Below, in pieces: positions 14,101 to 26,100 of a stretch of DNA of 64,000 bases. How positions within the stretch are numbered: position 1 is the stretch's first letter; each line of letters opens with the position of its first letter. The stretch is from Bugula neritina (taxonomy: Eukaryota; Animalia; Bryozoa): positions 1,860,001 to 1,924,000 of the forward strand of contig OZ037765.1 of assembly GCA_964035545.1 (NCBI GenBank). The letters are read 5' to 3'. The notes under the pieces are model-generated. The model did no database searches, had not been told where the DNA came from, and saw only the letters and a program-made list of their open reading frames with translations. A program made the translations under genes and the position numbers.

Positions 14101-15500
14101 ATTATCAACTATAATACAGTGGAATAAATTGAAAGAATAAAATTGGATGCAGAGGATTAGTTTTGTATACTTGTACTCTCTATACTTTAGGTGAGTGTGG
14201 GGCAAAGAGGCAGCCAACCAAAATGGCAGTGGGTGAGACCAGCAAAGAACGGAAAATTTGATTTTCTACTCTTAAACTCTGACATCTGTCTGGTCAGAGA
14301 CATAAACCCAGCTTCTTCTGGAAGGTATGGAGTTGTGGGTGATTGTAATAGCTGTATCACCTGTCACTATCTGTCATTATTCGTCACTACTTGTCAGTAC
14401 TTGTTACTACTTGTCACCACTTGTCACTACCTGTCACTACCTGTCATTACTTGTCACCACTTGTCACTACTTGTCACTACCCCTCATTACTTGTCACTAC
14501 CTGTCACTACTTGTCATTACCTGCCACTACCTACCATTACATGTCACTACTTGTCACTACCTCTCATTACTTTTCACCACCTGCCACCACATTTCATTAT
14601 TACCAAATAACTGCATGCTACCAATGCTGTGTTCATAATCTGCCATTTGCACAGAACATTTTGAGATACTTATTGCTGTATACCCTAAATGTCTGGAAAC
14701 ATTTTATTAAAACTCTTAATTTGATGTTAGTCTATCAGTATTCTTATGATTTCACTTGTTTCAGAGTGAACAGCACAGAACCTCCTCAATCATTCACATA
14801 CCCGATAGTTGAACAATATGCAAACAACAATGCATTGTGGATAAGAGAATTCAGTAGAGTAAGTATCGAAATAATTTGTTACATTGTTATTGATATTAGT
14901 CATCAATCTTTTACTCAAAAACGGGATTTAACAATAATCAACACCAGTCTTGCTTGACATATTTTTGACTTTAATTAACAATTTAGTGCTTTCATTGAAA
15001 TTATTTAAACTCATTAAATAATAACAATAATAATAATTTACAAATAACAAGCTGATAATTAACATGACTCATCTGCTTTCTAAATTATAGTTTGCAAATA
15101 TTTGATAAGATTGACCTACAGTCAAGATGACAATATTATAGTTTATTACCAATCCATAACGCGATACAAATCAATGTTTAGTATTATCTCAATATATTAT
15201 ATTACATTATATTATATTATGCATGTTATGTTATGTTATGTTATGTTATGTTATGTTATGTTATTTTGTACTATATTATATTATATTATACTATGTTATG
15301 TTATATTATATTATATTATATTATGTTATACTATATTATATTATATTATGTTATATTATATTATATTATATTGTATTATATTATATTATATTATATTATA
15401 TTATATTATATTGTATAGTTTAACTTGCTTGCAGGTTTTCACAAGAATGATCCATTTGGTTCCAAGGGGAGTAACTCTGCAGCGAGCACGTGCAAACTGA
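11194..15500 (+). CDS. Secreted heme peroxidase, peroxidase-catalase (plant/fungal-type) superfamily, ascorbate-peroxidase-like; about 360 aa
   Basis: Exons 11194-11280, 11706-11841, 12179-12319, 12709-13005, 13391-13518, 14191-14324, 14765-14858, 15435-15500 join in frame (1083 nt). Distal motif VRLAFHDCVGGCNGC, SRSDFWAL, FGRVDC, proximal ETVALLGAHTLG, DNEYY, LNSD, VEQYANNNALW; hydrophobic N-terminus. Confidence 0.9.
12029..12190 (+). repeat. 40-bp minisatellite (4 copies) spanning the peroxidase exon-3 acceptor
   Basis: GACACTTTACTTAGCTCTGATTGGTTCATTCAG|GTTTAGA; decoy AGs end at 12098 and 12138, the in-frame AG at 12178. Confidence 0.85.
12985..13150 (+). repeat. About 32-bp minisatellite (5 copies) spanning the peroxidase exon-4 donor
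   Basis: GAGAGACGGTTGCCCTTTTAG|GTATGTTAGCG with progressively degenerate copies into the intron. Confidence 0.85.
14361..14590. repeat. 10-bp minisatellite (TTGTCACTAC)n, intronic
   Basis: Directly visible. Confidence 0.9.
15190..15416. repeat. (TATTA/TATGT)n pentamer repeat, intronic
   Basis: Directly visible. Confidence 0.9.
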
Positions 15501-16853
15501 ACTTCCTGTAGATAACATAGAATAATAATGTCACATACTGTACATAGTTTATTCAAAATTTCTAAGATATGCTAATGTAAGAAAACTGATTTCAAATTAG
15601 GTTAGGATTATCTCAAACTGCATAGCAATTGATTGTTATAAACTTCATAACAGTTTCCATGAACCAAATTACAGAGAATTATTTATGTAATTTTCTGTAA
15701 ATATATACAATTATTTTTCATATTAATTTGTCTTGTTTTGTAATGCAAGTGCTTTCTGCTAAATTCTAAATGCTCATTGCGTAACAAGTGATACAAAAGG
15801 AAAATAACTTGAATTTTTTGTAGTTACTTTGGTATGCAGTACAGAAAACAGAAATAAAAAATAAACTGAAATGTTTAATAATCAGTAATAATCATAGTTA
15901 TAGCGAGTAGCAGTTACAGTTATGGTCAGTTTTAGTTAGAGTGAATATAAGAGATATTATATTGAGCAACATTTATAGACTTATAGTTATTTTCAGCTAA
16001 AAGAGAAAATTTTCATAGAAAGAAAATGTTTGTTATTTAATATAAATTTAGCGTGCAATTTGAACAACTATTTATTAAGCTATTTTTAGTTTGTATAGCA
16101 TTTTAGGTATTTTATACTGATGACAAATTTTGTTTTATTATAATCAAGTTACGAATTGTTTTGCAATCCTTCATATAACTGTAAATAATGCTTCTTGCTT
16201 TCTCTCTACAATTCTTGGAGTTGTTTGATCTAAAACTAAAAACATCGGAGAAAAAAAAACAAATATTACTATCAAAAGTTAAAGCAAATTAATTACTTAG
16301 ACTACACAGCTATATTACAATATTTTAGCTATATTATACATATATGTTACTAATAAATTCTTTTGAAAACATGTAGTTAAATAAAAAAGTTGAGATATGC
16401 ATTTGAATACTTAATTAAGAGAGTGGTTGAAATAAATTTTCTTTAGTAGCCAGTTGCAAACTACTTGTTGCACTGTTATAAAATAAAATGTTGAGTTACT
16501 ATAACACTTTAATAAGTTTCAGTGTTTAAAAGCCACATCAAACTTAAAGTTTTTCAAATTTGTGTCCATCAACTACACAAAATATGCAAAGCAGGCATTT
16601 AGAAATAAGTAAAAATAAAAATTATATATTTTGCGAAATGAGATTTTTATTTCGTTTTCAAAAACAACCAGTATGAAAAGTAATTTTATGGCTTACAAAA
16701 AAAGTCATATTGGGATAATTTAGTATAATCATAGTTTTTATTATAACAAATATAATTATAATATTGCAAATAGCTGCCTTAACACAACATTAAAGTAATA
16801 TAATATATATAAATAATAAATATGTATGTTCACAAAAGAAAATTAACTGTCTA

Positions 16854-19078
16854 TTATATGGTAGGATAGTTGAACAGCTTAAAGTCCAGAGCATACAACT
16901 TTTGTATAGAGTCAGCTGTATGTCTATCGACTGAGTCAATATATGATTGAATGCTATTTATAGAGCTAGCAGCGGCAGCAGTGGAATTTCTAATAGTCTC
17001 TTTTAATAGCTCTTCAAATCTCACAAAATCTTCTGTTTTTGGTCCGATGAATGGAGTGGGAAGTTCCTCTAGTAACGACTCGAATTTCACTGAAATAAGA
17101 AAATTACTAGTGTACAAAGCAAAACTAATTGTATAAAAACTTTATCAATTAACTTTCAAAATTACGAATGAAATCTAAATAGTTCAACAAATATTAAAAA
17201 ATATATAAATAACACTTTAATTTTTACAACATAGCTTAGGCCAGAAAAACAAATTTAGATTGTTTTGGGGTGAATCGTTGTTAAACTTAAACGGTGCAAT
17301 TTTATTTAAACTTTTCTAACCATAATGCAAGCTACATAGTCTGAGGTCAGTGAAAATTTTTATATATTATCAGTTTATAAGACTATATTTTCAAAATGAT
17401 GTTAAAGACTTTGCTTTGCTTTTAATTTCACAAAACTTTAGCCAAATAAAAGATTGAACTATTTATTTCAATTTTCTCTAACATTTCTAAACAAATGCTT
17501 GCATATCTAATAAAATATTCCAATCACATTTGTAAATAATTTGATGCACTAGAAATGAGTGTGTTTGTTTAATTGTCTTTTGTAAAAATTTTTATGTGCA
17601 TAACATTCTTAATTATTATTCATTTGAAAACATTATAGGGTTTTATTTATAAACATAATATGAATAATGGCTTCCCTATATAGGAATTCGGTTGGCATTT
17701 ATCCCAATATATAAGGTGTGAGTTATGGTGTTAAAAGATTATATTTCTTTTTGTAAACCCAGTAATCTATTACAAAAAGCTATATAAAATATTATTAATT
17801 CATCAATACAGATAATTAATACACTTTGTTAGTCACACAGGGGCATATTATATTAATGATTTAGTCCCGTAATATCAGCACTAAATGAGGATATTGTTCA
17901 TAGCTAACATGCAGCTCTAAATGTACAGATATTGGCTTCAATGAAACCCATTCTGAAAGCATAAACGTTTTAATCAGCTATATAAACTATATATTAGAGC
18001 AAGAATCTAAATTAAGCTCTGCTTTTTGATTGGTTTATTGTTGACCTACAAATCCCACGTTTAGTTTGAAACTACTAGAATCTAGATTATTGATTTCAAA
18101 ATAGCAAATGGGGACTTGATTATATAAGCTTATAGGCTTTAAATGCCAGCTTATTATAAATATTAATTTTCAATTTTCTATATTAATTAAAACATTCCAT
18201 TGCTAAGCTTTCATATACTGGACTATGCAATTCATATTATGTATACAAACTTATGAGCAACAAGCAAGGGATAAAGTTACTACACAGGGGATTTAGCAAA
18301 GATTTATTTAGTTCTAAATGCCTCTCCACATTGAACATTCACAGGTAATTACACATGCTTACAGCTTACCTACAGCCGTTAACTTCAGTCTACATACTGA
18401 GCACAGAGTGTGTATCGGTGACAGAGTGGTGTCCAGTTTATTCATACTGAATGAATCATTGGCATGGGAAACCACACACTTCAAAAACTCTTTAAATGTT
18501 AATGCTTTGGACCCTGCTTTCATATGTTTGGTGCATCTAGATGTGTACTTCATAGAACCAATACTGTTATGGTACGCTATCGCTAGTCTGCTCCAGGGGT
18601 TTCTGACCACCACTAGAGATCTGTGATGACTGCTGTCCAGTTTTTCAGGGTGAAGTCTAACTGATGACCTAAGATTTAGTTTCTGAGCTTCGGAATGGAT
18701 AGCTTCCTGTTCAGAAAGTCTATAAAACTGGTGTAACATCATCTTTGTACCTTCAGCTTTTAGCATTGCCTGCTTAAACTCACTGTCGAATGTTTGCGAG
18801 ATCGGGCAGTAAATAAGATTGAGTCGTTGAAAATAAAGCAGCATAGGTGGAGGAGACACCACTGACTTGTTCACAGACTTGCAGACGTCAACTACTCGTG
18901 ATACAGCATCATTTGTCTGTTGAATCGTAGCTACTGTGTATTTGTCAATACCGATACCGAAGGAGTTGCCCGCTCCTTTTGAGACATACACAGACGGGAG
19001 TATCATTGTTAGTAGAAAAAGGATGGTAGATATTATGAGGCCTCTTTTCAGCAGAGCTGACAGCTGAATTCCCAACAT
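16854..19078 (-). CDS. Carbohydrate sulfotransferase 11-like (HNK-1/CHST family) type II membrane protein, divergent
   Basis: Two exons, 19078-18370 and 17089-16854 (phase 1). N-terminal TM segment (GLIISTILFLLTMILPSVYV), LIYCPI, VVRNPWSRLAIAY, LTFKEFL, LCSVC..TAVVKFESL, C-terminal LYALDFKLFNYP. Confidence 0.8.
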
Positions 19079-20173
19079 TCTTTTACTGTGATGTGTACAG
19101 AAAAGGAGCCATACACTTTCTATTAGCATACTCTAAAACACAGCAGATCTTTTATTAAAATTTATTTGGATATGTAGTCATTTTCATTTTTCTAAAACAT
19201 ATATTTTCATATTTGTTTTCAAGTTACATTTATACTTAAATATTATATAAATGTGTAGAAAATATACTTTTTTCATTTGAATATAATTTTAAGATATTAT
19301 ATTCCATAGCACACAGATCTAGTTACTAAAATTCACAAGAAATTACAAAGCATAAATACAAGTTTTAGAGAAGCTATGACATATATCTAGAAAGCTAAAG
19401 AATACTTCTAGAATGTGTCACCACTTTGGGTGGTCTGGTAAAGTATACTGCATTATTCACCATTATGTGTGTGGTCTGGTAAAGTATACTGCATTAATCA
19501 CCATCATGTGTGTCATCGTTTCGTAAGGTAATAAATTTCCTACTGCACACTCCAGCTATGCATTGCTGTAGTCTCCTCAACTTAAACCTCTTTTGGACAA
19601 AACTAAATTGTATTAAAAGTAGCAAAAATGTGTTGAAAATAATAAAAATAGATAAGGCTATACTAATAGCAGCTAAAATAGTAATGCAAGTACCTTAATC
19701 AGTGGAAGCTTTGTCTAAAGTGCACCTGCTAGCACTGATAACCCATTTTCACTTTCTAGTCAGTACAAAGTTTATTGGAATAATGATATCACATTGTAGA
19801 TGTCTGACTATAAAATTATTTAGAAACTCTGTATTACATGGCATGCATAATCCAAAGGTAATTGCCCAACTATAATAAAGGAATAGTTAAAGCAAATACA
19901 ATTGTACAATAATAGCTATAATTGTGATGTTTGATGCCTATCATGAGTGTCGTGATACAATTACAAAACAAACTTAGGCCCGCCCAAAGCTTTTATTATT
20001 CATGACTGAGTCTGCCCATGTGACTGAGTGTATAAATTTGTAAGACAAAATTCGAGTGTAACATAAGTAGCACTTCAGCTACTTCAGCTCCTGGAAAGTA
20101 GCCAAAAACCTGTCGAAGGCTGTCTAATATGATAATTATATTATGATATAAAAAGCTTAATTGAGATATGAAC

Positions 20174-20260
20174 ACAAGTAAGCACAAGTAAGCACAAGTA
20201 AGCACAAGTAAGCACAAGTAAGCACAAGTAAGCACAAGTAAGCACAAGTAAGCACAAGTA
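20174..20260. repeat. 10-bp minisatellite (AGCACAAGTA)n
   Basis: Directly visible, about 9 copies. Confidence 0.92.
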
Positions 20261-23177
20261 AATATGTGAGGATGGTATAAAAGGCAGACATTTTTTAGCC
20301 ATCTTGAATTCATAACAAGTTGAATTTTGGTGTTAGTCTCAACTTTATCTGTTTCTCTCAGACTTGTTAAAATGAGCAAAATGTAGGTTTTGGTAAAGCT
20401 GCTTTAAACAGTGAACAGGCAACTCCTTTAGTTACAAATAATCGTGCTTACAGCTTTGTTATTTCTTACAAAACAATTTTGTTTCAGAGTTTAAACTTTA
20501 AAATGTTCAACTAAAAATCACTGCTACAAATCAGCCTTTTGTAAAGCTTGTCTCACAATTCTTTTCTTCCGGTGCTTTAAACTAAACAAAGACTATTTGT
20601 CATAATTTGTATTTATTGACCCTTTTCAGAGCTTCAGTAATTGTTCTCCTGTTGTGCAGCTCATTACTTGATGTAATTGATTAATAGTATCATATAGTAG
20701 CTTTGACTTTGAAGCTTGCATCTTACATTCATGATTCAAAGTTTAGAGATACATGACTCATGCATACTCAAACTATACAAAGCTAAAGGCTATGAAAACG
20801 CTCACAATTTCTGTAGGTTATATATAGATCAAACCTTTCATTAAACTTGCATCACTATTTCAAAATTGATATTTTTATTCTTATCTATTTGTACGATCTA
20901 TATGCATATTGTATCGGTTTGTGTTTGTGTCTGGTTGCAAGATATGCTTTAACTACTAGCCAACTTGGCAACAGGTTTTCGAGTTTATTAGCTGTCAAAT
21001 CGTACCCTAGAAAAATGGGAAACATTAGAAATTGTATAAGTAAGTAGTCACAATATAAATCAAAATTTAAAGGAATACCATGAACATTACAGAATCGAAC
21101 AAATTGACATAAACTATTATAATTCTAATAAACTTACAATATTGATGCGTAGGTAAAATTATTAGCCATCACAATACCGAAACCGATAGTTTATTCTTAC
21201 AAAGAGTGTAAATATGGCGGTTTGATCATGATACACTGACTCATGCAGTACAGTGAATGCACTAGCTCTGCCAGCTAATAGTAGCTTTGGTGAAAGCTTT
21301 GAAGTTTGAAAGCTTTAATGATTGGCTGCCTGCCAATACTTCTGGGTGGCATACCAATACACATATCATTTGAAACCTTTCTTACCTAAAAAAAACTAAC
21401 ATTATACATCGGTTGATATAATATACTGTTCTACTAGCCACTATGTTTAGATTTTGCTGAAATATTAGGAAATTATCTTTTCTAAATCTCTAAAACTAGC
21501 TTGAATATAAATTGTTTCATTGAAGAATGCAGTACTTTAGATTTAGACTAACAACTGTATTATTCAAACTACTTTACATATCAAGTGCACATAACTTCCT
21601 AATTCACTCTATGTATGTTTTTTCTTGAAGCAAAGACCTTTAATTACCACAATTATAGTAGAACAATATAATTGCGAGTTACCATTGAACACTATACAGT
21701 CTAGGTAAAAATTTAGAGCCTAACTAAATCTAACCAGCACACAGATATGTGCACCATCATAATGATGGAGGCTGAAGCATTTTGTGAATATATTATGTAG
21801 GATTATTACAGCCATATTTAAGCTGTCCTCAGAACTTGTAGAATATATTATATTTACATCTAATAAACTATTCTATTTAAGTATTTACACATGTGTGACA
21901 CTATGCTAAAGAATATCACCTTTCTAATCATGTAGAAATGTGCAGTAGAGCTCAATGTGGTGCAGACTAGAAGCACTTACTTATCTAGAAGTATGCAGTA
22001 GATGTCTAGTCATAATGTTCACCCTAATCCATGGAAACAAAGTTATCATAATTCCTTTATCAGCCTTAGATCTTAAGTTATTATTTGTACATATAAACAC
22101 TTTATGTAAAAACAAGAAAACGGTCAAACATTCATGTTTGCAAATTCTATTTATTTTTCTCATGAAAAAAGCAATTAAATTGGCATAAAAAAGAAAAATA
22201 AATCTAATCAGTATTTTAGTATTTGAAGAAAGAATTTTCATAAGTAAACTGTGAAAATTAGGCTATGATGGTTTGTGGAGGCTACAGTCAGTTACTAATA
22301 CCTAAATCTCCTGATATACAATATTATATACAAATATAAGGGTGGACAACTCTCTTGACTATCATCCCATGCTTTGCTACCTTTTCGTTGTGCTACAATA
22401 ACAGATAACAAATGTTCAAACACCACACTGCATAATTAGAAACATCATCAAATAAAGTGTCATTTGCAAGCTTACGGAAAATTTAAAGATGCATTGGGTC
22501 ATTCGAAATATTAATGATTAATGTATTGTGGGCGAAGTTTGGGTATAAAAACAGACCCGACTTTCATGCATATAACAGTGTTACAATTGGAAAAGAAGAT
22601 TTGACATGAAAGTAAAAGTGATTACATAGGTTTAAAAAGATATTTACAGTATGAAAAACGAACTTGGTTGTATTTGATGCGGAAATTTGTAATTTCTGAA
22701 ACCAAAAATTACCTATCGTCAAAATGAGGGGCCAATATGGATGTCCCTGTAAAGAACCTTATTGGTGCATCAGACAGGATATACAGACAGTAATTCTAGT
22801 AGTAACTAAATCCTCATAACTAGTTCTACCTTACAATGCAGTGAATAACCGTTTACACACAACACACTTGAAACAAACAACTAGAGAGTTGAAATATTGA
22901 AACCAAAATGACAGTAAGGCAGGGTCACATGACTGTGGAAGTTTGATAGTAGCACTTCTGTGATTGGCCAAAAGATGAAGCGATTCAACTCTAAAATTTA
23001 CTCAATTGTACCATGAAAGCTAATTAAGTATAATATCATTGGTCGAGAAGTGAATAACTTATCAGCTAACAGCAAAACAGTAGAATGAATATACTAAAAA
23101 CATAAAACATACTAAATACATGAATAACTACAGTTTATTCAAGTTGATACAATTATGAAGTCGTAAGTAAAATAGAC

Positions 23178-26100
23178 CTACTTTTTTGGCCCACTGCCAA
23201 ATATAAGGTCAGCATCTGGAGCCCCTTTCTGGTGTTGGTATTTGATTTTCTTTTCTCTGTTAGTATTTGGAATGAGGGACTTCCCAGCTTCTACAGTAAA
23301 AATGAAGAATACGTTGTAACAGGTGCTGCTAACCAATAGAATACGCTGTAACAAGTGCTGCTAACCAATTGTAACAACTGTAACAAATCTCACTAACCAA
23401 TCAGAGCTTGCTCCTCTTCTTCCTGACGTTCATTAATTTCTAAAACCAACTGCTTCATTTTCTCTTTCTCCGCTTTCTCCTCCATTTCTCTTTCTCGGTA
23501 ACGCGTGGCAAACTGCTGGCTAACATTGAGATCCAACGTCGAAAACTGAGTTTTATTACCTGCAGTAGCCACATTTATAATCACGAGACTAAGAACAGAT
23601 AACTCCAAGGAATTATAATTTTCCACTGGCACAATGTCCCATAAAGACATTTCTATATAAATAAAATTTAGGAGACAACTTCATAGAAAATGAGGCAATA
23701 ACAAATGAAACACTCGTTAGTTATTTAAAACTTCCAACCTTTTTTGGTCATCAGAGCGAATTTCAAAGGCGGGGAGTTTCCTTCAGACGTCTGCTCCACC
23801 ATCGAATCTTTAGCGGCCACGAAGGGTTTGCGTACCTGAGACTTGTAGTTGGTGGGGACAGCAATATCAGTCTACAAGGGAGTAATATCAGTCTACAAGG
23901 GAGTAATATCAGTCTACAAGGGAGTAATATCAGTCTACAAGAGAGTAATATCAGTCTACAAGGGAGTAATCTCAGTCTACAAGGAAGTAATATCAGTCTA
24001 AAAGGGAGTATCTCAGTCTACAAGGCAGTAATATCAGTCTACAAGGCAGTAATATCAGTCTACAAGGGAGTAATATCAGTCTACAAGGGAGTAATATCGG
24101 TCTACAAGGGAGTAATATCAGTCTACAAGGAAGTAATACCGGTCTACAAGGGAGTAATATCAGTCTACAAGGGAGTAATATCGGTCTACAAGGGAGTAAT
24201 ATCAGTCTACAAGGGAGTAATATCAGCCTACAAGGGAGTAATATCAGTCTACAAGGGAGTAATATCAGTCTAAAGGGAGTAATATCAGTCTAAAAGGGAG
24301 TAATATCGGCCTACAAGGGAGTAATATCAGTCTACAAGGGAGTAATATCAGTCTACAAGGGAGTAATATCAGTCTATCAAATATTTTGATACATACATGT
24401 CTAAAAGTGCGAGGGCGCGAGATCGCGTGCTTGTGTGTGTATATAGATAGATACCTAGTTAAATATAACCTTGACCTTAGCTGCCACTGACCTGCGTGAC
24501 CTTCACTGTCTCATGGGACCTCTGCTGTATATTATCAACCAACATTTTATCAAAAGCTGCCATAAAGTCATCGTCTTCCTGGCACGTCACATGCTTGGGT
24601 CCTTTTTGCTTCATTTCAAACTCTACTTCATGCTCAGGGGACGCTGTGAGATCCTCCCCATCGCTGATGGAATTCTGAAATGATAGGAACACAGGCTTCA
24701 AGTGTTTCTAACTACCTGACTTTTTAAAGCGCAGGATTTACAGAATCCTTTCAACATAAAAACACCAGAAGCAGCGATTGTAAACTATGAGAGGGGAAAG
24801 TATCTTATACAACACTTACGCATTTTGCAAAGTTATGAAACATTGTGCAAGGTTAAAGAAAATATTACTTATCATTCTTGTTTCACTGCAGTGTAAATGT
24901 TTTTCAAACTTGCACATCATTGTGTTACATAGAATCAGTAAGTGTCAGACTTTCTAATGCTACAAAGTGTCTGGTAACTAGAATCTTTCTTAGTATGAAA
25001 TGGCTGTAACAGAACCCCTCCTCCCGAGCTGTAACAGAACCCCCCTCCCCCCCTCCAAGCTGTAACAGAACCCCCCTCCCCCTCTCCGAGCTGTAACAGA
25101 ACCCCCCCTCCCCCTGACTGAGCTGGCTTACGGTGAGCTGGTTGTTGGGGTCCTGAGACTGAGATCCAGGGTGAGATCGGGTATCCGGTTGGGACGGGCT
25201 GGTCTCCTCCTCACTGGTCTTATTCTGACTGGTAGAGAGCTCTTCGTCAACTTCCTTGATTGGAGCCAATTCACCCTCATCTTCACACTCTGGATCGTGG
25301 AACGGTAGCAGCCCGGCTACAACACAGTGTGAAAAACTTGATGCGCTGAAACCTGACAGGAGTTGCCTACTCTGTACAGACCATTAAAACTAAACAGTTT
25401 GTAAAACTGAATGACATAACAGAAAGGTTTGTTTGTTTTAAGGAAAATGGGGTGATTCTATTATCACACAAGTTTTATAGTATCTGAAAAGAAGACAATC
25501 CCGAAACTGTCAAGATGTCTGACATGTTCATAACAAAGACTAACTTCAACACCTGCTGGTGAAATGCCGCTTCAGCTTCACCTGCATTAACTATTATCAA
25601 CCTATTATGCACTCTAACGCGTCTAATATACAGAATCCCTCTAAGCATGTTAATGCAAAACTAAACAAGTAAAACATTAACCAAGTTTGTATCAAGCTGT
25701 TTGTGAGCTCTTAAAGCTAAACGAATCACAAATTACAAGTTGGTGGTAGAATAGACAGCACTGTGTTATAATATAGATTATGGCAATCACACTTTTATGC
25801 ATGAACTAAAGCAGCCAATAATTGGCTCAAATAAATAGGTCAACTAAATTAGCTTTTTTCACTGTTTCACAATGTATCACATCTGATTATTGCAAACAGT
25901 TCTTTGAATATAAGACACGTGGACTTTGCTTTTGACTTACATAACTTTTCTTTAAACTCATCGTTGAGCTTCTCTGCCTTCTGATTGGCCTCCAGATATG
26001 ACTGACTAAACACTTCCTTCGGCCGAACTAACTCGAGAGAGTCTCGGACCATCATGTCTATACTCATTGGGAACGGGCAGTCCATGTCCCAGTACGGTGA

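Noticed and set aside
20912-21188. Short inverted repeat TATCGGTTT..TTGTG / CACAA..AAACCGATA
   Set aside because: Under 20 bp with mismatches, no TSD and no second copy in the window.
22336-22751. Possible Tc1/mariner-derived MITE
   Set aside because: Only one TA-CAGGG-like end is convincing; the termini do not match well.
23863-24376. CRISPR-like appearance of regular repeats (also 32040-32349)
   Set aside because: Head-to-tail units with no unique spacers, no cas genes, and a eukaryotic intron context.
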